Assembly (NCBI GenBank): GCA_965247115.1
Contig: CBDFGR010000002.1
Location: 1,984,001 to 2,048,000, forward strand
Direction: 5' to 3'
Length of the DNA: 64,000 nucleotides
Source of the DNA: Myxococcota bacterium
Lineage (GTDB): Bacteria; Myxococcota_A; UBA9160; SZUA-336
Shown piece after piece: positions 38,228 to 46,634 of the stretch. The translations under genes were made by a program, and so were the position numbers. Below the pieces are notes generated by a model. The model was given only the letters and a program-made list of their open reading frames with translations. It did not search any database and was not told where the DNA came from. Every line of letters begins with the position of its first letter. Position 1 is the first letter of the stretch.

Positions 38228-40084
38228 ATGAAGTGGCTTGTTTTGGCGTCTGTTGCCGTCGCGTTGTTGCTGCCGAGGGCGAGCTGGGCGCAGGTGACGG
38301 ATTCTCGCTGGATCGTCCTGTTCGAGAAGGAGTGCGCGGTCTGCCATGGAACGACCAGTACCGTTCCCAACGCGGTCAGTCGCGAAGCCCTGCGGGCGTT
38401 CTCTCCGGAGCGGGTGCTCAAGGCGCTGACGACCGGCGCGATGGCTCCCAATGCGAGCGCGCTCTCGGATGAGGAGAAGCGCGGGATCGCAGTGTTCCTG
38501 ACCGGTCGCCCGTTCGGAAACGCGGCGGACCGTTCGGCTGCAGCGATGCCGAACCGCTGTGCCAGTGGCATGCCGATGGGGGATCCCGCCGTCGGGCCGC
38601 AGTGGAACGGCATGAGTCCCGATGCCACGACCAGCGCTCGCTTTCAGCCGACCGCCGCAGCGGGGCTGACGGTCGAGCAGGTGCCACGGCTCCGGCGCAA
38701 GTGGGCGTTCGGCTTTCCAGACGGCAGCTCGGTCCGGGGCCAGCCGACGGTGGTTGGGGGTCGGGTCTTCGTGGGCAGCGACAACGGGATGATATACGCG
38801 CTCGACGCGAAGACCGGCTGTGTGCACTGGTCCTTTGAGGGTGGAGAAGCCGTAACGACGGCAGTCAGCGTGGGAACCGTGGCCGGGTCAGAGGACCGTT
38901 ATGCCGCGTATTTCGGGGATTTCCAGGCGAATGTCCACGCCGTGGACGCCGAGACGGGCGAGCAGCTGTGGACGGTGCGCGTCGACGACCATCCGATGGC
39001 GAAGATCACGGGTTCGCCCGTGCTCGATACCCAGGGGGGACGCCTTTATGTGTCGGTGGCCTCGTGGGAGGAGGCTGCCGGCTCCAACCTCTCGTACGAG
39101 TGCTGCACGTCGCAAGGCAGTGTGGTAGCTCTGGACACCGGGACCGGCCGGCAAATCTGGAAGACCTACACAATCCCCGAACGTCCCAGACCATTCAGGA
39201 AGAACTCTGCCGGTACGCAGCTGTACGGGCCGTCGGGTGCCGGGATCTGGGCGGCGCCCACGCTCGACTACAGGCGCCGGGTCGTCTACGTCGGTACGGC
39301 CAATGGCTACGTCGACGTGCCGGACTCGGGGTCCAGTGACGCCATCATTGCCTTCGACCTCGACACCGGCAAGAGGCGGTGGTCGACCCAGCTCCTGGCC
39401 GACGACTTGAACTGCGGGGGAGGTGGAACGACCGATGCCGAGCGCAGGATCAACTGCCCCGGCCACGTACCGAATCCCAATGACGATGTGTCCGGGTCTC
39501 CCGTCCTGTACACGCTGCCGAACGGGCGCCAGATTCTGCTCGCGGGGCAAGAGAGCGGCAGGACCACGGCCCTGAATCCCGACGACAACGGCGCTGTGCT
39601 GTGGGTCGCGCAGGCCGGCGACATGCTGTGGCCACGTGGCTCCGGTCTGGGCGCCGCGGCGGATGGGGAGCTCTACTACAGACCCCTTGGGTTGTCCGAG
39701 CAGACGGGTGCGATGGCCGCGCTCCGGCCCGCGACGGGGGAGCGGGTCTGGTACACGACGCACGCGAAGCCGACGAACTGCTCCGACCCTGAGGCGGACT
39801 GGTGCAGCTCGGGACTGTTCGGGGCGGCGACGGTCATCCCCGGCGCCGTGTTCGCCGGGGCGAGGGACGGCACGCTGCGCGCGTACTCGACGAGTGACGG
39901 CGAGGTTCTGTGGGAGTACAACACCATGCAAGAGTACGAGACGGTGAACGGCGTCCGGGCCAAGGGGGGCTCGATCGGTGGCCACGGCCCCGCGATCGTC
40001 GGGGGTATGCTGTTCATGGGCTCTGGCTACAACATCATTTCGAGTTCTCCGGGCAACGTGTTGCTCGCGTTTGACGTGGAGTAG
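38228..40084 (+). CDS. PVADH-like quinohaemoprotein, copy 9
   Basis: CAVCH plus the same motifs. Confidence 0.92.
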   Translation: MKWLVLASVAVALLLPRASWAQVTDSRWIVLFEKECAVCHGTTSTVPNAVSREALRAFSPERVLKALTTGAMAPNASALSDEEKRGIAVFLTGRPFGNAADRSAAAMPNRCASGMPMGDPAVGPQWNGMSPDATTSARFQPTAAAGLTVEQVPRLRRKWAFGFPDGSSVRGQPTVVGGRVFVGSDNGMIYALDAKTGCVHWSFEGGEAVTTAVSVGTVAGSEDRYAAYFGDFQANVHAVDAETGEQLWTVRVDDHPMAKITGSPVLDTQGGRLYVSVASWEEAAGSNLSYECCTSQGSVVALDTGTGRQIWKTYTIPERPRPFRKNSAGTQLYGPSGAGIWAAPTLDYRRRVVYVGTANGYVDVPDSGSSDAIIAFDLDTGKRRWSTQLLADDLNCGGGGTTDAERRINCPGHVPNPNDDVSGSPVLYTLPNGRQILLAGQESGRTTALNPDDNGAVLWVAQAGDMLWPRGSGLGAAADGELYYRPLGLSEQTGAMAALRPATGERVWYTTHAKPTNCSDPEADWCSSGLFGAATVIPGAVFAGARDGTLRAYSTSDGEVLWEYNTMQEYETVNGVRAKGGSIGGHGPAIVGGMLFMGSGYNIISSSPGNVLLAFDVE

Positions 40085-40086
40085 CG

Positions 40087-40548
40087 ATGTCCGGCCTGCA
40101 GAACACGGTTTCTCTCCTGCTCACGGTCGCTGTTGCGCTCGGCATGGCCTTGACGGCGAGTGGGGCTGATTCGGAGCGCAAGGAAAACATCTGGCTGGGC
40201 GTTTTCACGAACCCACAGGCGCAGCGCGGCCACACGGCCTATCTCGCCACGTGCGCCACTTGCCACACCGAGACCCTGACGGGACGCCCTCCCGCTCCGG
40301 CTCTTCGCGGTAGCGGGTTCGTCTTGAGGTGGGACGGCAAGACGGTCAGGGATTTTTACAGCCGCATCCGCACCACGATGCCTACCGATGCGCCCGGTAG
40401 TCTCAGTCGCCAGGATACGCTCGACATCGTGGCGTATCTCTTCCAGGTAAACGGTTTTCCTGCGGGAGTCGATGAGCTTGCGGGCAGCGCAGTGGAGCTA
40501 CAGAAGACCAAGATCACACAGCACGCGGAGGGCAGCGATGGACCCTAA
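40087..40548 (+). CDS. Periplasmic monohaem cytochrome c, likely electron acceptor for PQQ dehydrogenases
   Basis: Signal peptide, W.GVFT..QAQRG, CATCH, distal TTMP. Confidence 0.9.
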   Translation: MSGLQNTVSLLLTVAVALGMALTASGADSERKENIWLGVFTNPQAQRGHTAYLATCATCHTETLTGRPPAPALRGSGFVLRWDGKTVRDFYSRIRTTMPTDAPGSLSRQDTLDIVAYLFQVNGFPAGVDELAGSAVELQKTKITQHAEGSDGP

Positions 40549-42538
40549 CGTACTCGGACCTAGCGCAGCCGAACGGACTCGACATATCCTGATTGCGGGG
40601 CTCTGTCTGGGCCTGCTCGCAATGCAGGCGGACAAGGTTCATGCCCAGCAGTCGGCAGTCCATGGTGAATGGCGCAGCTACGGGGGCGACGGGGCAAGCA
40701 CGAAATACAGCCCTCTGGCGCAGATCGATCGCGACAACGTCAGCAGGCTCCGCGTGCTCTGGCGCCGGCCCGGCGTGGATCCAAAGCTCACCGAGACGTA
40801 TCCCGACCTGAACCCATCCAACGATTTCCGTGCGACGCCGCTCATGCTTGGGGGCGTGCTCTACTCATCGAACAGCGTCGGGTTGGTGGAAGCGATCGAT
40901 CCCGGGACCGGCGAGACGCTCTGGATTCAGGAACCGCTGCAAGAGGGATTCCAGGGCATGGCAGGGCGCAGTACGCGGGGGGTCGCTCACTGGAGTAGCG
41001 GCTCGAACCAGCGAGTCTTCTCGGTGCGAGGCGACTATCTCGTGTCGATGAGCGCGGAGACGGGAAGCCTGGATCGAGACTTCGGCGACGGCGGCAAGGT
41101 GGATCTGCGAAGGAACGGTCCTGCCCCACTTCCCGCCGGCGGGTCGGCAGGCCCCATCGTCGTGGCCGGCGTGGTCATTGTCGCGGGCGCTGGCGGCGAC
41201 GATTTTCCGATACTGAGGGAGGGGCCTGCGGAGGATATCCGGGGCTACGACGTGCGGACCGGTCGTCTGCGCTGGACGTTCCATGTAAGGCCGCAGCCGG
41301 GGGAGTTTGGATTCGAGACGTGGGAAGGCGACTCCTGGAAGCTCGCCGGGTCGATGGGCGGTTGGGCGCCCCTCACCGTTGATGACGAGCTGGGTTACAT
41401 CTACGTGGCCCTGTCGTCGCCCATGCACAGCTTCTACGGCGGGCACCGGCCTGGACAGAATCTCTTCGGCAACAGCCTCGTGTGCCTCGACGCCAGGACC
41501 GGTGAGCGGGTGTGGCACTACCAGCTCGTGCATCATGACCTGTGGGACTACGACCTGCCCGCGGCGCCGGTGCTCGGCGACATCACTGTCGATGGCAAGC
41601 CGATCAAGGCGGTGATGCAGATCACCAAACACGGCTTCCTGTTCGTGTTTGACCGCGTGACGGGGGAGCCCGTGTGGCCGATCGAAGAGCGGCCGGTGCC
41701 CGCGTCCACGACGCCGGGGGAGAAGGCGTGGCCGACACAGCCCTTCCCGACCAAGCCGGCCCCGTTCGACCGTCTGGGGGTCACGGTCGACGACTTGATC
41801 GACTTCACGCCGGAGCTGCGTGCAGAGGCGCTCGAGATCGTGAAGCCGTACGTGCTCGGGCCGATCTTCACGCCGCCGTCGGTGGCGGCGCCGGGACATA
41901 CCCTGGGTACGCTCACCCTGCCCTCGGCGTCTGGTGCAGGGAACTGGAACGGTGGGGCGTTCGACCCCGAGACGGGGATCTTCTACGTCGCCTCGCACAC
42001 GCACCCGTGGATCAACGATCTCATCAGGCCCCCCCCGTTGGTCGAGGCGACGACGCCGTACACCCATGGGCCGGCGTCGGACGGTCCCCTCGATTGCTGT
42101 GATCCGTACTTTCTCTACGGTCCGGACGACCTTCCGCTCGTCAAGCCGCCCTATGGGCGCATTACCGCGATCGATCTGAACACCGGCGAGCACGTGTGGA
42201 TGGCCCCCAACGGAGACGGACCGCGTAATCACCCGCGCTTGCGGCACCTGAATCTGCCCCCGCTTGGGCAGCAAGGCCGGCCGGCCCCTCTTCTCACCAA
42301 GACGCTGCTCTTCATCGGTGAGGGCGATCCGATCATCGTCGCGACCCCGAAAGGGGGTGGGGGAAGTAAGTTCCGCGCCTACGACAAGGCCACGGGCAGT
42401 GTCGTGTGGGAAACCGAGCTCGCGGCAGGGACCACGGGCGCGCCGATGAGCTACCTGTGGAACGGCAAGCAGTACATCGTGGTGGCCATTGGCGGCGAAG
42501 ATCACCCCGCCGAGTGGATGGCGCTCGGTCTTCCCTGA
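40538..42538 (+). CDS. Soluble PQQ-dependent glucose/quinate dehydrogenase-like protein, copy A
   Basis: YSPLAQIDRDNV, YGGHRPG, HHDLWDYD, WPIEERPVP, PTQPFP, KPPYGRITAID, GKQYIV. Confidence 0.92.
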   Translation: MDPNVLGPSAAERTRHILIAGLCLGLLAMQADKVHAQQSAVHGEWRSYGGDGASTKYSPLAQIDRDNVSRLRVLWRRPGVDPKLTETYPDLNPSNDFRATPLMLGGVLYSSNSVGLVEAIDPGTGETLWIQEPLQEGFQGMAGRSTRGVAHWSSGSNQRVFSVRGDYLVSMSAETGSLDRDFGDGGKVDLRRNGPAPLPAGGSAGPIVVAGVVIVAGAGGDDFPILREGPAEDIRGYDVRTGRLRWTFHVRPQPGEFGFETWEGDSWKLAGSMGGWAPLTVDDELGYIYVALSSPMHSFYGGHRPGQNLFGNSLVCLDARTGERVWHYQLVHHDLWDYDLPAAPVLGDITVDGKPIKAVMQITKHGFLFVFDRVTGEPVWPIEERPVPASTTPGEKAWPTQPFPTKPAPFDRLGVTVDDLIDFTPELRAEALEIVKPYVLGPIFTPPSVAAPGHTLGTLTLPSASGAGNWNGGAFDPETGIFYVASHTHPWINDLIRPPPLVEATTPYTHGPASDGPLDCCDPYFLYGPDDLPLVKPPYGRITAIDLNTGEHVWMAPNGDGPRNHPRLRHLNLPPLGQQGRPAPLLTKTLLFIGEGDPIIVATPKGGGGSKFRAYDKATGSVVWETELAAGTTGAPMSYLWNGKQYIVVAIGGEDHPAEWMALGLP

Positions 42539-42572
42539 GGCGCGCAGACTACAAGGCACGAGGAGGGGCGCG

Positions 42573-44579
42573 ATGGACACTAGCGTGGTCGGACCTAGCG
42601 CAGCCGAACGGACTCGACATATCCTGATTGCGGGGCTCTGTCTGGGCCTGCTCGCAACGCAGGCGGACAAGGTTCATGCCCAGCAGTCGGCAGTCCATGG
42701 TGAATGGCGCAGCTACGGGGGCGACGGGGCAAGCACGAAATACAGCCCACTGGAGCAGATCGATCGCGACAACGTCAGCAAGCTCCGGGTTCTCTGGCGC
42801 CGGTCGGGCGTGGATCCCAAGCTCACCGAGACGTTTCCCGACCTGAGCCCGTCCAACGACTTCCGCGCGACGCCGCTCATGATTGGTGGCGTGCTCTATA
42901 CGTCGAACAGCGTCGGCTTGGTGGAGGCGCTCGATCCCGGGACCGGTGAGACGCTCTGGATTCAGGAACCGATCCATGAGGGATTCCGGGGTGTGGCCGG
43001 GCGCAGCACGCGAGGGGTCGCTCACTGGAGCAGCGGTTCGAACCAACGGGTCTTCTCGGTGCAGGGCGACTATCTCGTGTCGATGAGCGCGGAGACGGGG
43101 AGCCTGGATCGAGGCTTTGGCGACGGCGGAAAGGTGGATCTGACGAGGGATGCCAGCACGACAACTCCCTTTCCCGACGGTGGGACGTCAGGACCCATCG
43201 TCGTTGGCGACGTGGTCATCGTTGGCGGCGGGGGCGGCGCTGATTTTCCGGTGCTGAGGGAGGGAGCTGCGGAGGACATCCGGGGCTATGACGCGCGGAC
43301 CGGCCGTCTGCGTTGGACCTTCCATGTGGTGCCGCGGCCGGGGGAGTTCGGATCCGAGACGTGGGAAGACGACTCCTGGAAGCTCGGCGGGGCCATCGGC
43401 GCCTGGCCGCCCCTCACTGTGGATGAGGAGCTGGGCTACCTCTATCTGCCCCTGTCGTCTCCGGCGCACGCCTTCTACGGTGGGCACCGGCCAGGACAGA
43501 ATCTCTACGGCAACAGCCTTGTGTGCCTCGACGCCAGGACCGGCGAGCGGGTGTGGCACTACCAGCTCGTGCATCATGACCTGTGGGACTACGACCTGGC
43601 GTCGGCGCCGGTGCTCGGCGACATCATCGTCGCTGGGAAGCCCATCAAGGCGGTGATGCAGATCACCAAGCACGGCTTCCTGTTCGTGTTTGACCGCGTG
43701 ACGGGGGAGCCGGTGTGGCCGATTGAAGAACGGCCGGTGCCTGCGTCCACGACGCCCGGGGAGAGGGCGTGGGCGACACAGCCCTTCCCGACCAAGCCGG
43801 CCCCGTTCGACCGTCAGGGGCTTACCGTCGACGATCTGATCGATTTCACGCCGGAGCTGCGGGCGGAGGCGCTCGAGATCGTCAAGCCCTACGTGCTCGG
43901 GCCGATGTTCACGCCGCCGTCGGTGGCGGCTCCGGGACATACCCTGGGTACGCTCACGCTTCCCGGTACGGCTGGTGGGGGGAACTGGAACGGTGGGGCG
44001 TTCGACCCCGAGACGGGGATCTTCTATGTCGCCTCGCACACGCACCCGTGGCTGAGCGATCTCGTCAGGCCCGACCCGTTGGTCGAGGCGACGACGCCCT
44101 ACACCCATGGGGGGTCGAACCCCGAGGTGAGCACGTGCTGTCAGCAGTTCGAAATCTATGGCCCGGAGGGCCTGCCGCTCGTGAAGCCGCCCTATGGCCG
44201 CATCACCGCGATCGATATGAACACAGGCGAGCACGTGTGGATGGCCCCCAATGGAGACGGGCCGCGCGATCACCCGCGCTTGCGACACCTGAATCTGCCC
44301 CCGCTGGGACAGCAGGGTCGGGCGGCGCCCCTTCTCACAAAGACGCTGCTCTTCATCGGTGAGGGCGACCCGATCATCATTTCGACGCCTTGGGGCGGTG
44401 GCGGAAACAAGTTCCGCGCCTACGACAAGGCCACGGGCAGTGTCGTGTGGGAAACCGAGTTCGAGGCAGGGACCACCGGAGCCCCGATGAGCTACCTGTG
44501 GAACGGCAAGCAGTACATCGTGGTGGCCATCGGAGGCGAGGATCACCCCGCTGAGTGGGTGGCGCTGGGTCTTCCCTGA
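42573..44579 (+). CDS. PQQ glucose/quinate dehydrogenase-like protein, copy B
   Basis: Same motifs; HHDLWDYD. Confidence 0.92.
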   Translation: MDTSVVGPSAAERTRHILIAGLCLGLLATQADKVHAQQSAVHGEWRSYGGDGASTKYSPLEQIDRDNVSKLRVLWRRSGVDPKLTETFPDLSPSNDFRATPLMIGGVLYTSNSVGLVEALDPGTGETLWIQEPIHEGFRGVAGRSTRGVAHWSSGSNQRVFSVQGDYLVSMSAETGSLDRGFGDGGKVDLTRDASTTTPFPDGGTSGPIVVGDVVIVGGGGGADFPVLREGAAEDIRGYDARTGRLRWTFHVVPRPGEFGSETWEDDSWKLGGAIGAWPPLTVDEELGYLYLPLSSPAHAFYGGHRPGQNLYGNSLVCLDARTGERVWHYQLVHHDLWDYDLASAPVLGDIIVAGKPIKAVMQITKHGFLFVFDRVTGEPVWPIEERPVPASTTPGERAWATQPFPTKPAPFDRQGLTVDDLIDFTPELRAEALEIVKPYVLGPMFTPPSVAAPGHTLGTLTLPGTAGGGNWNGGAFDPETGIFYVASHTHPWLSDLVRPDPLVEATTPYTHGGSNPEVSTCCQQFEIYGPEGLPLVKPPYGRITAIDMNTGEHVWMAPNGDGPRDHPRLRHLNLPPLGQQGRAAPLLTKTLLFIGEGDPIIISTPWGGGGNKFRAYDKATGSVVWETEFEAGTTGAPMSYLWNGKQYIVVAIGGEDHPAEWVALGLP

Positions 44580-44611
44580 GGTGAATGATCACGCAGAACG
44601 AGGAGGATGTG

Positions 44612-46609
44612 ATGGACGCTGGCAAGACACGAACTCGACGGATCCTGATTGCGGGGCTCTGCTTGGGCCTCCTGGTAGTACAGGCGAATAAGGTCCTTGC
44701 CCAGCAGTCGGCGCTCCACGGTGAGTGGCGCAGCTATTCGAGCGACAAGGCAAATACAAAGTACACACCGCTCGAGCAGATCGATCGTGACAACGTCAGC
44801 GAGCTTCGCGTGCTCTGGCGCCGGCCAGGTGTGGATCCCAAGCTCACCGAGACGTTTCCCGACCTCGACCCATCCAACGATTTCCGCGCGACGCCGCTCA
44901 TGATTGGCGGCGTGCTCTACGCATCGAACGCTGTCGGGTTGGTGGAAGCCTTCGATCCCGCGACGGGGGAGACGCTCTGGATCCAGGAGCCGGTGTATGA
45001 GGGATTTCGGGGCGTGGCCGGGCGCAGCATGCGGGGGGTCGCTCAATGGAGCAGCGGTTCGAGCCAGCGCATCTTCGCGGTGCGAGGCAACGATCTCGTG
45101 TCGATGAGCGCGGAGACGGGCAGCCTGGTTCGGGGCTTCGGCGACGGCGGCAAGGTGGACCTGAAGAGAGTCGGCCCCGGCCCCAGTCCGGCATTCGGGG
45201 ACGGCGGCACAGCTGGCCCCATCGTCGTGGGCGACGTGGTCATCGTCGGCGGCGGGGGCCGCGGCGATTTCCCTGTGGTGGAAGAGGGAACTCCGGAGGA
45301 TATTCGGGCCTATGACGTGCAGACCGGCCGTCCGCGCTGGACCTTCCATGTAAAACCGCAACCGGGGGAGTTCGGATTCGAGACGTGGGAAGACGGCTCC
45401 TGGGAGATCGGCGGGGCCATGGGCGCGTGGCCACCCCTCACCGTGGATGAGGAGCTCGGCTACATCTATGTGCCCCTGTCGTCTCCCATGCACAGCTTCT
45501 ACGGGGGCCACCGGCCCGGACAGAATCTCTTCGCCAACAGCCTCGTGTGCCTCGACGCCAGGACCGGCGAGCGGGTGTGGCACCACCAGCTCGTGCATCA
45601 CGACCTGTGGGAGTACGACATGGCGTCGGCGCCGGTGCTCGGCGACATCACCGTCCGTGGGAAGCTCATCAAGGCGGTGATGCAGCTCACGAAGCACGGC
45701 TTCCTGTTCGTGTTCGACCGCGTGACGGGGGAGCCCGTGTGGCCGATTGAAGAGCGGCAGGTGCCGGCGTCCACCGCGCCAGGGGAGAGGGCCTGGCCGA
45801 CACAGCCGTTCCCGACCAAGCCGGCCCCGTTCGATCGACAAGGGGTGAGCGTCGACGATCTGATTGACTTTACACCGGAGCTGCGTGCCGAGGCGCTCGA
45901 GATCGTCAAGTCGTACGTGCTCGGCCCGCTCTTCACGCCGCCGTCGGTGGCGGCCGAGGGGCATACCCTGGGTACGATCACCCTGCCGGGCGCAGCGGGT
46001 GGCGCGAACTGGAACGGTGGGGCCTTCGACCCCGAGACGGGGGTCTTCTACGTCCCCTCTCATACGCACCCGTGGCGGAACGATCTCGTCAGGCCGCCCG
46101 CGCTGATCGAGGCGACGACGCCGTACATGCATGGGCCAGCGGTGCTGCTCACCTCGGGTGACTCGTGTTGTGAGCAGTTCGAGATCTATGGCCCGGAAGG
46201 CCTGCCACTCGTCAAGCCGCCGTACGGGCGCATCACCGCGATCGATCTGAATACGGGCGAGCACGTGTGGATGGCTCCCAATGGAGATGGGCCACGCAAT
46301 CACCCGCGCTTGCGACACCTGAACCTGCCCCCCCTGGGGCAGGAGGGCCGGGCGGCTCCTCTTCTCACGAAGACGCTGCTCTTCATCGGCGAGGGCGATC
46401 CGATCATTGTTGGTACGCCTCGAGGCGGTGGGGGAAACAAGTTTCGCGCCTTCGACAAGGCCACGGGCGACGTGCTGTGGGAGACCGCGTTCGAGGCGGG
46501 GACCACCGGAGCGCCGATGAGCTACCTGCACAACGGCAAGCAGTACATCGTGGTGGCCATCGGGGGCGAAGATCACGCCGCCGAGTGGGTCGCGCTGGGT
46601 CTTCCCTGA
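44612..46609 (+). CDS. PQQ glucose/quinate dehydrogenase-like protein, copy C
   Basis: Same motifs but HHDLWEYD; start placed after GAGGAGG. Confidence 0.92.
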   Translation: MDAGKTRTRRILIAGLCLGLLVVQANKVLAQQSALHGEWRSYSSDKANTKYTPLEQIDRDNVSELRVLWRRPGVDPKLTETFPDLDPSNDFRATPLMIGGVLYASNAVGLVEAFDPATGETLWIQEPVYEGFRGVAGRSMRGVAQWSSGSSQRIFAVRGNDLVSMSAETGSLVRGFGDGGKVDLKRVGPGPSPAFGDGGTAGPIVVGDVVIVGGGGRGDFPVVEEGTPEDIRAYDVQTGRPRWTFHVKPQPGEFGFETWEDGSWEIGGAMGAWPPLTVDEELGYIYVPLSSPMHSFYGGHRPGQNLFANSLVCLDARTGERVWHHQLVHHDLWEYDMASAPVLGDITVRGKLIKAVMQLTKHGFLFVFDRVTGEPVWPIEERQVPASTAPGERAWPTQPFPTKPAPFDRQGVSVDDLIDFTPELRAEALEIVKSYVLGPLFTPPSVAAEGHTLGTITLPGAAGGANWNGGAFDPETGVFYVPSHTHPWRNDLVRPPALIEATTPYMHGPAVLLTSGDSCCEQFEIYGPEGLPLVKPPYGRITAIDLNTGEHVWMAPNGDGPRNHPRLRHLNLPPLGQEGRAAPLLTKTLLFIGEGDPIIVGTPRGGGGNKFRAFDKATGDVLWETAFEAGTTGAPMSYLHNGKQYIVVAIGGEDHAAEWVALGLP

Positions 46610-46634
46610 GACGAAAAGAACGAGGAGGGGTGCG

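Noticed and set aside
20161..40084. Integron-like or shufflon cassette array
   Set aside because: The linkers are simple RBS sequences with no attC-like palindromes or inversion sites, all genes are co-oriented, and no recombinase is present.
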